Positions 1-10,070 of a stretch of 26,790 bases of DNA are shown here, one piece after another (the stretch's first letter is position 1; each line of letters begins with the position of its first letter). Source of the stretch: an uncultured Bacilli bacterium (lineage in GTDB: Bacteria; Bacillota_I; Bacilli_A; RF39; UBA660); assembly GCA_944350405.1 (NCBI GenBank), contig CALVPC010000001.1:1-26790 (forward strand). The letters run 5' to 3'. The position numbers and the translations under genes are program-made. The notes beneath the pieces are model-generated. The model searched no databases. It saw nothing but the letters and a program-made list of their open reading frames with translations, and was not told the origin of the DNA.

Positions 1-59
1 ACATCACAATATTATCACAATATTATATTAAAATCAAGCACTTTTTAGCACTTTTTTAT

Positions 60-92
60 AAAAAAAAGCAAAATAATAACACTATTTTGCTT
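60..92 (-). terminator. Rho-independent terminator of the sigma factor gene
   Basis: Perfect 10-bp inverted repeat AAGCAAAATA (66-75) / TATTTTGCTT (83-92) with a 7-nt loop, followed on the minus strand by a U-run (A60-A65). It overlaps the stop codon at 91-93. Confidence 0.8.
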
Positions 93-1596
93 AAATTTTT
101 CTAACCTTAAATCTCTTATCCTGATCTTGTTGTTCATCACTTTGTTTTTTATTTTCAATTTGATATTTCTCATATTTCGTTTGTAATAAATAATATTTCC
201 TAATAGCAATATTAATATCAGAAACTGAAACACCTAAAGATTCACAAATTTTTGGAAGAACATTAACCGGTTTACCATTCACTCCAAAATAAAGATCTAT
301 AATAGCTATTTCAACATTAGTTAAATAATTACCTTCATTATCTTTCCAATTTGAAACTTCTTGAATTTTTTCTTTACGATTTTTTTCATTTCTTTTTTTT
401 ATATCAACACCGTAACCACTTCTATTAAATATAGGACCTCTTTGAGTATATTCATCAAGACCATTCTTTGCAGCAAGAGTACGTAATTTTCTAAGAGCTT
501 TTGACTCTATTTGTCTTATCCTTTCACGAGTTACACCAAATATTTGCCCAACTTCTTCTAAAGTCTTAGATTTACCATCATCTAAACCAAATCTTAACTT
601 AATAACATCCCTTTCACGATCACTCAATAACTTAAGTATTTCAACAAGATCATTTTTAAGTGCTAAACTAATAGCATAATCTTCACCCGAAACAGAATCT
701 TTATCCGGAATAAGATCTCCGACCATAGTATCCTCATCATCACCAACAGGAGTTTCAAAAGATATAACTTCTTGAGAATTCATAATTAATTCGCGAACTT
801 TATCCTCAGATATTTGAAGTCTTTCTGCTAATTCTTTCTCACTAGGATCTCTATTTAACTCTTGAATAAGTACTCTTTGTGCTCTCATTAATCTATTTAT
901 TTCTTCAACTCTATGAACTGGTATTCTTATAGTTCTAGCTTGATCTGCAAGAGAACGAGTAATTGCTTGTCTAATCCACCAAGTAGCATATGTTGAAAAT
1001 TTATAACCTTTAGTATAATCAAATTTACCAACTGCTTTAAACAATCCAATATTACCTTCCTGAATAAGATCTAATAGAGAAAGACCACGATTAGTATAAC
1101 GCTTAGCAATACTTACTACTAATCTCAAATTAGCCTCGCAAAGTTTCTTTTTAGCTTCTTCATCACCACATTCAATACGCTTAGCAAGTTCTATTTCTTC
1201 AGAAATAGTTAATAAAGGAACTCTACTTGTCTCAGCAAGGTATAGCTTAATAATATCTTCAGTATCTGAAATATTATTATTAGTAAAAAATTCTTCTTTA
1301 TTTTCTATATCTTTATCAACCTCATTAAGTTCAGCATCTACAAACATTTTTAAATAATATAAAAATAAATACAATTTATCAGAAGGCCAACCTAAAGATA
1401 TAATTTTATCGTTATTAATTGATCCATCTTTATTAACAACATCTTTACTAACAATATTAAATTGTTCTTTATAAGGAAATTTAGAATCTCCTAAAGTATC
1501 AAATAAATATTGCACATCATCATCACTTAAATCTTCATTATTAACCAAATTTATAATATCGGTATTACTTTTACCGATTAATCTTTGCATATCCAT
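91..1596 (-). CDS. RpoD/SigA-family sigma-70 factor, probably a paralog, with a ~129 aa C-terminal extension
   Basis: Region 2 ([39 protein letters not shown]), region 3 and region 4.2 ([28 protein letters not shown]) are intact. Region 1.2 is diverged ([11 protein letters not shown]). No dnaG upstream. Confidence 0.93.
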   Translation of the reverse strand: MDMQRLIGKSNTDIINLVNNEDLSDDDVQYLFDTLGDSKFPYKEQFNIVSKDVVNKDGSINNDKIISLGWPSDKLYLFLYYLKMFVDAELNEVDKDIENKEEFFTNNNISDTEDIIKLYLAETSRVPLLTISEEIELAKRIECGDEEAKKKLCEANLRLVVSIAKRYTNRGLSLLDLIQEGNIGLFKAVGKFDYTKGYKFSTYATWWIRQAITRSLADQARTIRIPVHRVEEINRLMRAQRVLIQELNRDPSEKELAERLQISEDKVRELIMNSQEVISFETPVGDDEDTMVGDLIPDKDSVSGEDYAISLALKNDLVEILKLLSDRERDVIKLRFGLDDGKSKTLEEVGQIFGVTRERIRQIESKALRKLRTLAAKNGLDEYTQRGPIFNRSGYGVDIKKRNEKNRKEKIQEVSNWKDNEGNYLTNVEIAIIDLYFGVNGKPVNVLPKICESLGVSVSDINIAIRKYYLLQTKYEKYQIENKKQSDEQQDQDKRFKVRKI

Positions 1597-1645
1597 AATA
1601 TCACCCCTAAAATATCTATATTACATAGACATAAAAACTGACAAA

Positions 1646-1674
1646 ATTGTACTAAAAAAATAACAAAATGTCAA
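1646..1674 (-). promoter_or_regulatory. sigma-70 promoter of the sigma factor gene
   Basis: Minus strand TTGACA (1674-1669), 17 bp, TACAAT (1651-1646), about 50 bp upstream of the ATG at 1596. Confidence 0.8.
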
Positions 1675-1725
1675 TAATTACAAATACTTATAAATAAAAA
1701 ATAATATATTTACATTATTCATACA

Positions 1726-2290
1726 TTAATCGTTAACAGATAATATATAAGGATTTGTTTCTTTTCCAGCCCCTCCGGATATAATAACATCAAAAGCAAG
1801 ATATAAAACAGGTCTTACATAAAACGGAGAATAAGCAACACTATATGAATAAATATGACCAGTTATTACCAGTGCATATCTCATCATGATAATTAGTTAA
1901 AACATGACTACAACTACTATTTGCACCATATCCATAATCACTTAAATACAGTATACCAATTTTACTAATAATATTACTCTCGTTTGCTCCATAAAAATAA
2001 TCATTCCCTATTATTTTTCTCTCATAATTATATACTTCCTCTTTTGTTATAGAAACATCGTTATAACCACCAAGATAATATTTAACATTATCAATCATAT
2101 TTTTAGCACTATTTGTCAAACCAACATAATAATCATTATTTAAATATATATTAAGTGTACTATTAGCCCAATTATTTGTCCCATTTTTTATTCCAATACA
2201 TCTCAGCAATAGATTCATTTCTAATTATCTTTATTCTGTTTTTGATATTACCAAAATCATCATCTACATAAATTATTCTTATTTTACAAT
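1726..2290 (-). pseudogene. 5'-truncated, doubly frameshifted remnant of a DUF6273-like surface/lectin-like protein
   Basis: Three consecutive frames carry family-like motifs: RIIYVDDDFG..KIIRNESIAEMYWNK; then NGTNNWANSTLNIYLN..KIGILYLSDYGY (ORF 1841-2218); then GHIYSYSVAYSPFYVRPVLYLAFDVIISGGAGKETNPYILSVND* (1860-1726). The family name is from recall of the motifs, not a search. The 5' boundary is approximate. Confidence 0.7.
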
Positions 2291-2298
2291 ATTGCTTC

Positions 2299-3255
2299 TT
2301 ATAAAAACTTTGAAAGCCAAAAAACTAAATAAACTACTATCACTAAAAAAGAAATAAATCCATAAGAAAATAAATTCTTACATCTTTTTCTATAATTAAT
2401 TATTAAACAAGATACTAAAAACAAAAGCCCTAAAATAACTAATATCAAGGTATCATTATCTGAAAACATATATACTGGATATCCTAAAAAAACTATATCT
2501 CCAATAGCTAAAACAAGTAAATTAAAAAGACAACTACCAATTATATTAGAAACGGCTATATCATAACTTTTAATATTAATTAACGCATAAAAAGTTACAA
2601 CTTCAGGAAGTGAAGTAGTAATACCTAAAAATATAGCACCTAAAAAACTACTAGAAAATGAAGGATGAGCAATTGATATGTTATTAACAATAATTGTTAA
2701 TAACACACTAGATATAACCATACATAAAGAAACAATTGCAAGTTTAACAACAGTTTTTTTAGCAGAGCCATCCTCATTAATAACATAACTCTCCTCTTCA
2801 AATTTAGGGATCTTCTTCAAATATAATATATATGTAGCAATTATAAGAATACTTGGAAATCCTATAGATAATAAACTAAAATCAAATATTTTACTAACAA
2901 ATAAATAAAGAGCTAAATAATTTAAAATGAGAATAAGAATAACAATATTATGCGATCTAGAAGTATTTGAAAAAATCATTTTTTTAATAAATACTATATC
3001 AAAAAAACAAATCATAAATAGATTAAAAAGATTACTACCTATAATATCCCCAATAGCAAGCGCAGGATTATCCACGACCATAGCACTAAAACATGTAACA
3101 AATTCAGGAAGAGAAGTAACCCCCGCTAAAACAATACCTCCAACTAATGCCTTACTAACTCCAGAAGTTTTACTAAGTAAATCAGCATAATATGAAAGTT
3201 TTATACTAAGAAAAACTGTTAAAAAAGCAAATATTAAAAAAAATATTTCATTCAT
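2299..3255 (-). CDS. Sodium/calcium (CaCA family, YrbG-like) antiporter
   Basis: Hydrophobic protein with two alpha-repeat motifs, GVTSLPE..GSNLFN and GITTSLPE..GSCLFN. Start placed at ATG 3255 after AGGTGA. Confidence 0.9.
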   Translation of the reverse strand: MNEIFFLIFAFLTVFLSIKLSYYADLLSKTSGVSKALVGGIVLAGVTSLPEFVTCFSAMVVDNPALAIGDIIGSNLFNLFMICFFDIVFIKKMIFSNTSRSHNIVILILILNYLALYLFVSKIFDFSLLSIGFPSILIIATYILYLKKIPKFEEESYVINEDGSAKKTVVKLAIVSLCMVISSVLLTIIVNNISIAHPSFSSSFLGAIFLGITTSLPEVVTFYALINIKSYDIAVSNIIGSCLFNLLVLAIGDIVFLGYPVYMFSDNDTLILVILGLLFLVSCLIINYRKRCKNLFSYGFISFLVIVVYLVFWLSKFL

Positions 3256-3313
3256 GTAAATCACCTACCAAAGTATATTTACAAAAAAACGAAATATTAT
3301 AGACAAAATAAAA

Positions 3314-4552
<1,239 letters not shown>

Positions 4553-4596
4553 TTATCTTAATTATATAATAAAATAAAGCATAATAAAACTTTTTA

Positions 4597-4625
4597 TTGC
4601 ATTTTTGTCCAAAAACGGATATCAT
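4597..4625 (+). promoter_or_regulatory. sigma-70 promoter of the FemAB-family gene
   Basis: TTGCAT (4597-4602), 17 bp, TATCAT (4620-4625). AAGGAGG RBS lies before ATG 4657. Confidence 0.6.
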
Positions 4626-4656
4626 AATATATAGAATAATACTAAAGGAGGATATT

Positions 4657-5928
4657 ATGAAAATAGTAAAACTAACCCCTGAACAATTCGATAATTTTTC
4701 AATTAATCATCCTCTACATACATATTATCAAACATCAGCATACGGAAGTTTAATGAGTAGTGAAGGATTTGAACCGCATTACTATGGATTTACTAATGAT
4801 CAAAATAACCTAGTCGGTGCATGCCTAATGCTTATACAAAAGCTATTTTTAAATTATAAATATGCTTATGCCCCTAGAGGATATTTAATCGATTATGATA
4901 ACAAAGATTTAATTATAGATGTAACTAACAAAATGAAACGATTCCTAGCTAAAAACAATATTATATTTTTAAAAATAGATCCCCCTGTCGTAAATAATAA
5001 AAGAGATAAAGATGGTAATATTTTAAGAAGTCCTTATACAAATGATCTTATACCTTTTTTAACAAAAATAGGATATGAATACTTTGGAGACAATAAAGCA
5101 TTTGGTACTCTAAAACCAAGATGGAATGCCATCTTAAAAGTAACAGGATCCAGTTCTACTTTATTTGAAAACTTAGATCCAAGTGTTAAAAACAAAATCA
5201 GAAAAGCTTCATCTAGAGGTGTTGAAGTACTTCAAGGAAATCACAATGATATTGAAATTTTTTATAAATTTGTTGCAAAAAAACATTACAGAAAATTAAA
5301 CTATTATAAAAAATTTGCTGAATGTTTTGGAGATAATTTTGAATTATATTTTGCTAAATTAAATACTGAAAAATATTTAAATAATATAAAACTAATTTAT
5401 GAACAAGAATTACAAAAAAATGAAGAATTAAATAGAGAAATACAAGATGCAGCCTTAAAAAATAAAATTAGTAATAAGTTAACAAATTCTAAAATAACAT
5501 CAGATAAAGTACTAGCTATCTATAAAAAAGAGCTTGAAACTGCTACCAATTTATTTTCTAACAACCCTCAAGGATTAATTATTGGTACCACTGCAGTCAT
5601 AATTGAACGCTACGGCGTAGAACTAATAATAGAAGGCCAAAATCCAGCTTATAAACTATTTTATCCAACATTCTTAACTAAATGGTATATAATAGAAAAA
5701 TACTCTAAATTAGGTGCTGTATATTTTGATTTAAATGCCATAACAGGTAATTTTAAAAGTAACAAGTTTCAAGGATTAAATGAAATGAAATTAGGATATA
5801 ATGCTGAAGTAACTGAATATATTGGAGAATTTGATTTAGTTATAAACAAACCAATATATAAAATTCATAAAAAATGGAAATTAGGAAAGAAAGCTATAAA
5901 AAAATCTCATAATGAAAAAAATAGATAA
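4657..5928 (+). CDS. FemAB/MurMN-family aminoacyltransferase (peptidoglycan interpeptide bridge synthesis)
   Basis: YAYAPRGYLIDY, IFLKIDP, KIRKASSRGVEV, a central coiled-coil insertion, and FKxG-like NEMKLGY..EYIGEFDL. Start after AAGGAGG. Confidence 0.9.
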   Translation: MKIVKLTPEQFDNFSINHPLHTYYQTSAYGSLMSSEGFEPHYYGFTNDQNNLVGACLMLIQKLFLNYKYAYAPRGYLIDYDNKDLIIDVTNKMKRFLAKNNIIFLKIDPPVVNNKRDKDGNILRSPYTNDLIPFLTKIGYEYFGDNKAFGTLKPRWNAILKVTGSSSTLFENLDPSVKNKIRKASSRGVEVLQGNHNDIEIFYKFVAKKHYRKLNYYKKFAECFGDNFELYFAKLNTEKYLNNIKLIYEQELQKNEELNREIQDAALKNKISNKLTNSKITSDKVLAIYKKELETATNLFSNNPQGLIIGTTAVIIERYGVELIIEGQNPAYKLFYPTFLTKWYIIEKYSKLGAVYFDLNAITGNFKSNKFQGLNEMKLGYNAEVTEYIGEFDLVINKPIYKIHKKWKLGKKAIKKSHNEKNR

Positions 5929-5940
5929 TATTATTTACAT

Positions 5941-5970
5941 AAAAAAGGCTCTAAATATAGAGACTTTTTT
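5941..5970. terminator. Bidirectional terminator between the convergent FemAB and HAD genes
   Basis: A6-G-(g)-CTCT..AGAG-(a)-C-T6: a short stem flanked by A and T runs. Confidence 0.55.
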
Positions 5971-6605
5971 TATTTAAAATTTTTATAAATAATATATGGA
6001 AGTTCATTTATAGAATTAATATAATAATCACATTTACACACATCACCAAACCCATACCTAGCCTGAATAAAAGGAATATTACAAAGTTTAGCCGCTTCCA
6101 TATCTTTTAATGTATCTCCAATATACACACACCAATCAAGCCTATAATCATTAATTATTTTATTTATAGCACAGGCCTTAGAAATATTTATCTCACTAGC
6201 AGCGATATAATCCTTAAAATATTTACCTAAATTAGAAGATATCAAGAAAGCTTCGATATATTTCTTACTAGAAGCATTACTAACTATAAATAAATCATAT
6301 TTTTCATAAAGTTTAATTAAAACATCCCTTACCCCAGAATAAACTATTCCTCCGTGATTTTTTAGATATTCAATGTTAAAAATTTCAGACTCATCAAAAT
6401 ACTTTAATCCTTTATCAAGTTCCACATTAGGAAAATATAATTTAGATATTTCAAATTTATTTAAACCAAAACTTTTAATAACAGTCTCTTTAGATACTTT
6501 ATCTAAATTATACTTTTTAACAATTTTATTAATACTTTTAAAAGTAATATCAAATGTATCCCATAATGTTCCATCTAAATCAAATAATATACCTTTTCTA
6601 TTCAT
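5970..6605 (-). CDS. HAD-superfamily hydrolase (phosphoglycolate-phosphatase-like)
   Basis: Motif I FDLDGTL, motif II VSN, a conserved Lys, and motif IV YIGDTLKD. Confidence 0.92.
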   Translation of the reverse strand: MNRKGILFDLDGTLWDTFDITFKSINKIVKKYNLDKVSKETVIKSFGLNKFEISKLYFPNVELDKGLKYFDESEIFNIEYLKNHGGIVYSGVRDVLIKLYEKYDLFIVSNASSKKYIEAFLISSNLGKYFKDYIAASEINISKACAINKIINDYRLDWCVYIGDTLKDMEAAKLCNIPFIQARYGFGDVCKCDYYINSINELPYIIYKNFK

Positions 6606-6635
6606 TTTAAACCCTTTCTTAAACTTATCAATATA

Positions 6636-6677
6636 AATAAAAAGACTATTAATAAAAATACAATATTAATAATCTTT
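6636..6677 (-). terminator. Possible terminator after gap
   Basis: AAAGA-c-TATTAATA (6641-6654) / TATTAATA-a-TCTTT (6664-6677) with a 9-nt loop and a U-rich tail on the minus strand. The stem is AT-rich, so weak. Confidence 0.4.
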
Positions 6678-6684
6678 ATGAGCT

Positions 6685-7695
6685 TTATTTTTTTATCAAT
6701 TCAGCAAAATATTTAGCACATCTTACCATTTGACTAGAATAACCATATTCATTATCATACCAAGCAACAATTTTAACCAGTTGCCCATAATCAGAATTTA
6801 AAACATTAGTAAGAGATAAATCAACAACACCACCATGTGTACTACCGATAACATCACTAGATACTATTGGATCATATGTAGCATCTAAAACCTCATTTTT
6901 ATTATTTATAAATTCTTTATTTATCAAAGAAACATCAACCTTTTTTTCAAGTTCTAAAACCAAATCAACTGCAGACCCATCACTAACTGGAACTCTCATA
7001 GCCATACCATCCATCTTACCATCAAGTTCTGGAATTACAAGGCCTATTGCATTTGCTGCCCCCGTTGAAGTAGGAATAATATTAATAGCAGCAGCTCTAC
7101 CACGTCTTGAATCAATACCTTTTTTATGACTAACATCAAGAATCATTTGATCATTTGTATAAGCATGAATAGTAGTCATAAAACCTTTTTTTATTCCAAA
7201 CTTATCATTTATAACTTTAAGTACTGGTGCCAAACAATTAGTAGTACAACTACTTGCACTAACAATTTTTTCATTACCAGTAAGTATTTCCTCATTAACC
7301 CCATAAACAATAGTTTTAACATCTCCCTTACAAGGAGCAGAAACAATTACTCTACCAGCACCAGCATCAACATGCTTCATAGCTTCTTCTTTCTTATTAA
7401 ACTTACCGCTACATTCAAAAACCATATCAATTGCTAGCTTATCCCATGGTAGATTAGATGGATCTTTCTCTGCTAAAACTAATATTTTTTTATTACCAAC
7501 TAATAAATAACCATCGCTATAACTAATTTCATTCACTTTATAATTACCTTGACTAGAATCATACTTAAGCAAATGAGCCAGTTCCCTAGCATCAGTTAAA
7601 TCATTAACTGCTACAACCTCAAAAAAACTATCCTCCATAAGAATTCTAAAAACAAGTCTTCCTATTCTCCCAAAACCATTTATTGCAACTTTCAT
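6685..7695 (-). CDS. gap: Type I glyceraldehyde-3-phosphate dehydrogenase
   Basis: INGFGRIGR Rossmann motif, catalytic SCTTNCLAP, HAYTNDQ, WYDNEYGYS. Confidence 0.98.
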   Translation of the reverse strand: MKVAINGFGRIGRLVFRILMEDSFFEVVAVNDLTDARELAHLLKYDSSQGNYKVNEISYSDGYLLVGNKKILVLAEKDPSNLPWDKLAIDMVFECSGKFNKKEEAMKHVDAGAGRVIVSAPCKGDVKTIVYGVNEEILTGNEKIVSASSCTTNCLAPVLKVINDKFGIKKGFMTTIHAYTNDQMILDVSHKKGIDSRRGRAAAINIIPTSTGAANAIGLVIPELDGKMDGMAMRVPVSDGSAVDLVLELEKKVDVSLINKEFINNKNEVLDATYDPIVSSDVIGSTHGGVVDLSLTNVLNSDYGQLVKIVAWYDNEYGYSSQMVRCAKYFAELIKK

Positions 7696-7706
7696 TAAAT
7701 CAACTC

Positions 7707-9356
7707 CTATTCAAAATAACTTCCACCAATAAATTCTCTTAAAATAGATTCACTTGGAATTTCATCCGTAGGAATCCCAACAAACATATCCAAAAAGTTT
7801 AAAAGCCTCACTGCTTCCTCATATAAAGGCGATGTACTATCAATACCAAATAAAAGAGGTTCAGCAAAAAGTTTCAAAACACCTATTTCATAAATAAGTG
7901 AAGAATTAAAGACAAAATCTACATCGTTCTGAAAAGGAAATATATATTTTTCTTCTCCCTCTCTTACTGTTTTCCATCTTCTAATTGTTTCTAAAGCATC
8001 ATATCCTCTAGTTCTATTATCTCTAATCATCCTTCTAAGAAGCCTAACGTCACTATTAGAAATCATATTATGATTATCAATATTCAAATCAGTAAGTGGT
8101 GATATATAAACTTTATATTTAGACTCTTTTGGAATAGATTTAGTCAGTTCCTCATTAATAGCATGAAGTCCTTCTATAATCAAAATATCATCTTGATCTA
8201 ATTTTATCTTATTTCCTAAATATTCACCTTTTCCTTTAAAGAAATTAAAAGTAGGAACATGAACTTCTTCTCCGTTTATTAATTTCATTAAATGATCATT
8301 AAATAAATCTATATTTATAGCTTTAATAGTCTCAAAATCATAATCTCCATTTGGAAGTTTTGGAGTATCCTCTCTATCAACAAAATAATCATCAATAGAT
8401 AAAGATTTAGGGTTTAAACCAAAAGCTTTCAAATACATAGCAAGTTTTTTAGCAGTAGTAGTCTTACCACTAGAAGATGGTCCAGCAATAAGTACTATCT
8501 TTATATGATTTCTTCTACTTTCTATTTCTTTAGCAAGATTAAGAAGATCATTACTAGAAACAACTTCAGTAAGTTTTATTACATCTGAAATTTTTCCTTT
8601 TGAAACTATATTATTAATATCAGCACTATTAAATATTCCTAGTCTTTTAGATAATTTATAATTATTATCAAATGCCTCAATTATTTTTTCTCTATCGACA
8701 TAAGGTGGTATCTTTCCATCATCAGTTAAAGTAGGAAATTGTAAGATAAATGAACTATTATCTAAATAATATAAATCATATTCTTCAAAGACTCCTGTCC
8801 TATTAGGAAGAATAGAAAAATAATAATCATACATATCTCCTATTTTATATAATGTAACATAATGGTTAGTATTATAAGTAAAAGTATCAGCTTTAGCTTC
8901 ATCATTAATACTCAAAAAATATTTCTTAGCTTCTTTTCTTTTAACCAAACACTTTTCAATAGGTAAATTACTATCAATGACTTCTTTCATCTTACTTTTA
9001 AGTAAATTAAGTCTTTCATGATTTAAAGGAAGATTAGTTCTAATCTTAATAGCTTTATCAATAGAATGACATGCTTTAATATGATAATCATATCCAAATA
9101 TTTCTTTAAACGCATAAACAAGTACAAAAATAAGTCCTTTTTGATACATTCTATTACCTACTGAATCCATCATAGTAATAAATTTAACACTAGAATTACT
9201 AACAATTTTTTTATCTAAAGAAACTATTTCATTATCAATAAAAGCAGCAAGTACAGGATATTTACCTTTATATACAGATTCTGAAACATCCAAAACAGTT
9301 ACTCCTTTATTGAATTTATAATCTTTACCATCATATTTTATATTTATTTTATCCAT
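7707..9356 (-). CDS. Uridine kinase/PRK-family P-loop kinase with N-terminal TGS and ThrRS-N2-like domains
   Basis: Walker A GPSSSGKTT, SIDDYF, IIEGLHA, RLLRRMIRD..RG. The N-terminal ~200 aa resemble the threonyl-tRNA synthetase N-terminus. Confidence 0.88.
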   Translation of the reverse strand: MDKINIKYDGKDYKFNKGVTVLDVSESVYKGKYPVLAAFIDNEIVSLDKKIVSNSSVKFITMMDSVGNRMYQKGLIFVLVYAFKEIFGYDYHIKACHSIDKAIKIRTNLPLNHERLNLLKSKMKEVIDSNLPIEKCLVKRKEAKKYFLSINDEAKADTFTYNTNHYVTLYKIGDMYDYYFSILPNRTGVFEEYDLYYLDNSSFILQFPTLTDDGKIPPYVDREKIIEAFDNNYKLSKRLGIFNSADINNIVSKGKISDVIKLTEVVSSNDLLNLAKEIESRRNHIKIVLIAGPSSSGKTTTAKKLAMYLKAFGLNPKSLSIDDYFVDREDTPKLPNGDYDFETIKAINIDLFNDHLMKLINGEEVHVPTFNFFKGKGEYLGNKIKLDQDDILIIEGLHAINEELTKSIPKESKYKVYISPLTDLNIDNHNMISNSDVRLLRRMIRDNRTRGYDALETIRRWKTVREGEEKYIFPFQNDVDFVFNSSLIYEIGVLKLFAEPLLFGIDSTSPLYEEAVRLLNFLDMFVGIPTDEIPSESILREFIGGSYFE

Positions 9357-9461
9357 AATATAACACCCTCTTTATTATATATTATTATTTTATCACATAA
9401 TGTAAAATTTTGATACGCATAATATTTAAAAATTCATCCTATAATTTAAATAGGTGATAAA

Positions 9462-10043
9462 ATGAATTTAGTTCCAACAATAATAGAAAAAGAAATAGGA
9501 GGAGAAAGATGTTATGATATATACTCTAGACTCCTAAAAGATCGTATTATTCTTCTAAATGGAGAAATTAATGATAATACTTCAAACGCAGTAGTAGCGC
9601 AATTACTATATTTAGACTCTCAAAATCATGAAGATATAAGCTTATACATAAATTCTCCCGGAGGATCAATTACTGCAGGAATGGCAATATATGACACAAT
9701 GAATTTCATAAAAAGTGAAGTGTCAACTATTTGTATAGGAATGGCCGCATCTATGGCAGCGTTTCTATTATCAAGTGGTCAAAAAGGTAAAAGACTCGCT
9801 CTGCCAAACTCAGAAGTCATGATTCATCAACCACTAGGAGGAGCCGAAGGACAAGCAACAGAAATAAAAATAGCAGCAGAAAGAATTTTAAAATTAAAAG
9901 ATAAATTAAATAAAATATTATCCAATAATACCAATCAACCAATAGAACAAATAGAACAAGATACAGAAAGAGATCATTTCTTATCAGCCAAAGAAGCCAA
10001 AAACTATGGACTAATTGACAAAATAATTGAAAATAAAAAATAA
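9462..10043 (+). CDS. clpP: ATP-dependent Clp protease proteolytic subunit
   Basis: [19 protein letters not shown], catalytic GMAASMA (Ser), MIHQP (His) and ERD (Asp). Confidence 0.98.
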   Translation: MNLVPTIIEKEIGGERCYDIYSRLLKDRIILLNGEINDNTSNAVVAQLLYLDSQNHEDISLYINSPGGSITAGMAIYDTMNFIKSEVSTICIGMAASMAAFLLSSGQKGKRLALPNSEVMIHQPLGGAEGQATEIKIAAERILKLKDKLNKILSNNTNQPIEQIEQDTERDHFLSAKEAKNYGLIDKIIENKK

Positions 10044-10055
10044 TTTTTGTATAAT
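10027..10055 (+). promoter_or_regulatory. sigma-70 promoter for the lipid kinase gene, overlapping the clpP 3' end
   Basis: TTGAAA (10027-10032), 17 bp, TATAAT (10050-10055), 15 bp before ATG 10071. Confidence 0.6.
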
Positions 10056-10070
10056 AAACTTGGTGATGTT

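Noticed and set aside
45-53. TTAGCACT resembling a CIRCE (HrcA) half-site
   Set aside because: There is no GAGTGCTAA partner 9 bp away. It is part of a direct repeat, not the CIRCE inverted repeat.
91-120. Basic-hydrophobic C-terminal KRFKVRKI of the sigma factor as a possible degron or targeting tag
   Set aside because: It is a single instance in the window and Lys-rich ends are expected in AT-rich genomes. It cannot be supported without genome-wide statistics.
45-233. 62-aa minus-strand ORF overlapping the sigma gene 3' end
   Set aside because: It is an alternative frame over a real CDS and its terminator, with low-complexity I/L/K composition and no RBS.
9357-9461. CtsR or CIRCE operator upstream of clpP
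   Set aside because: No RGTCAAA heptad repeats or CIRCE palindrome were found in the divergent intergenic region.
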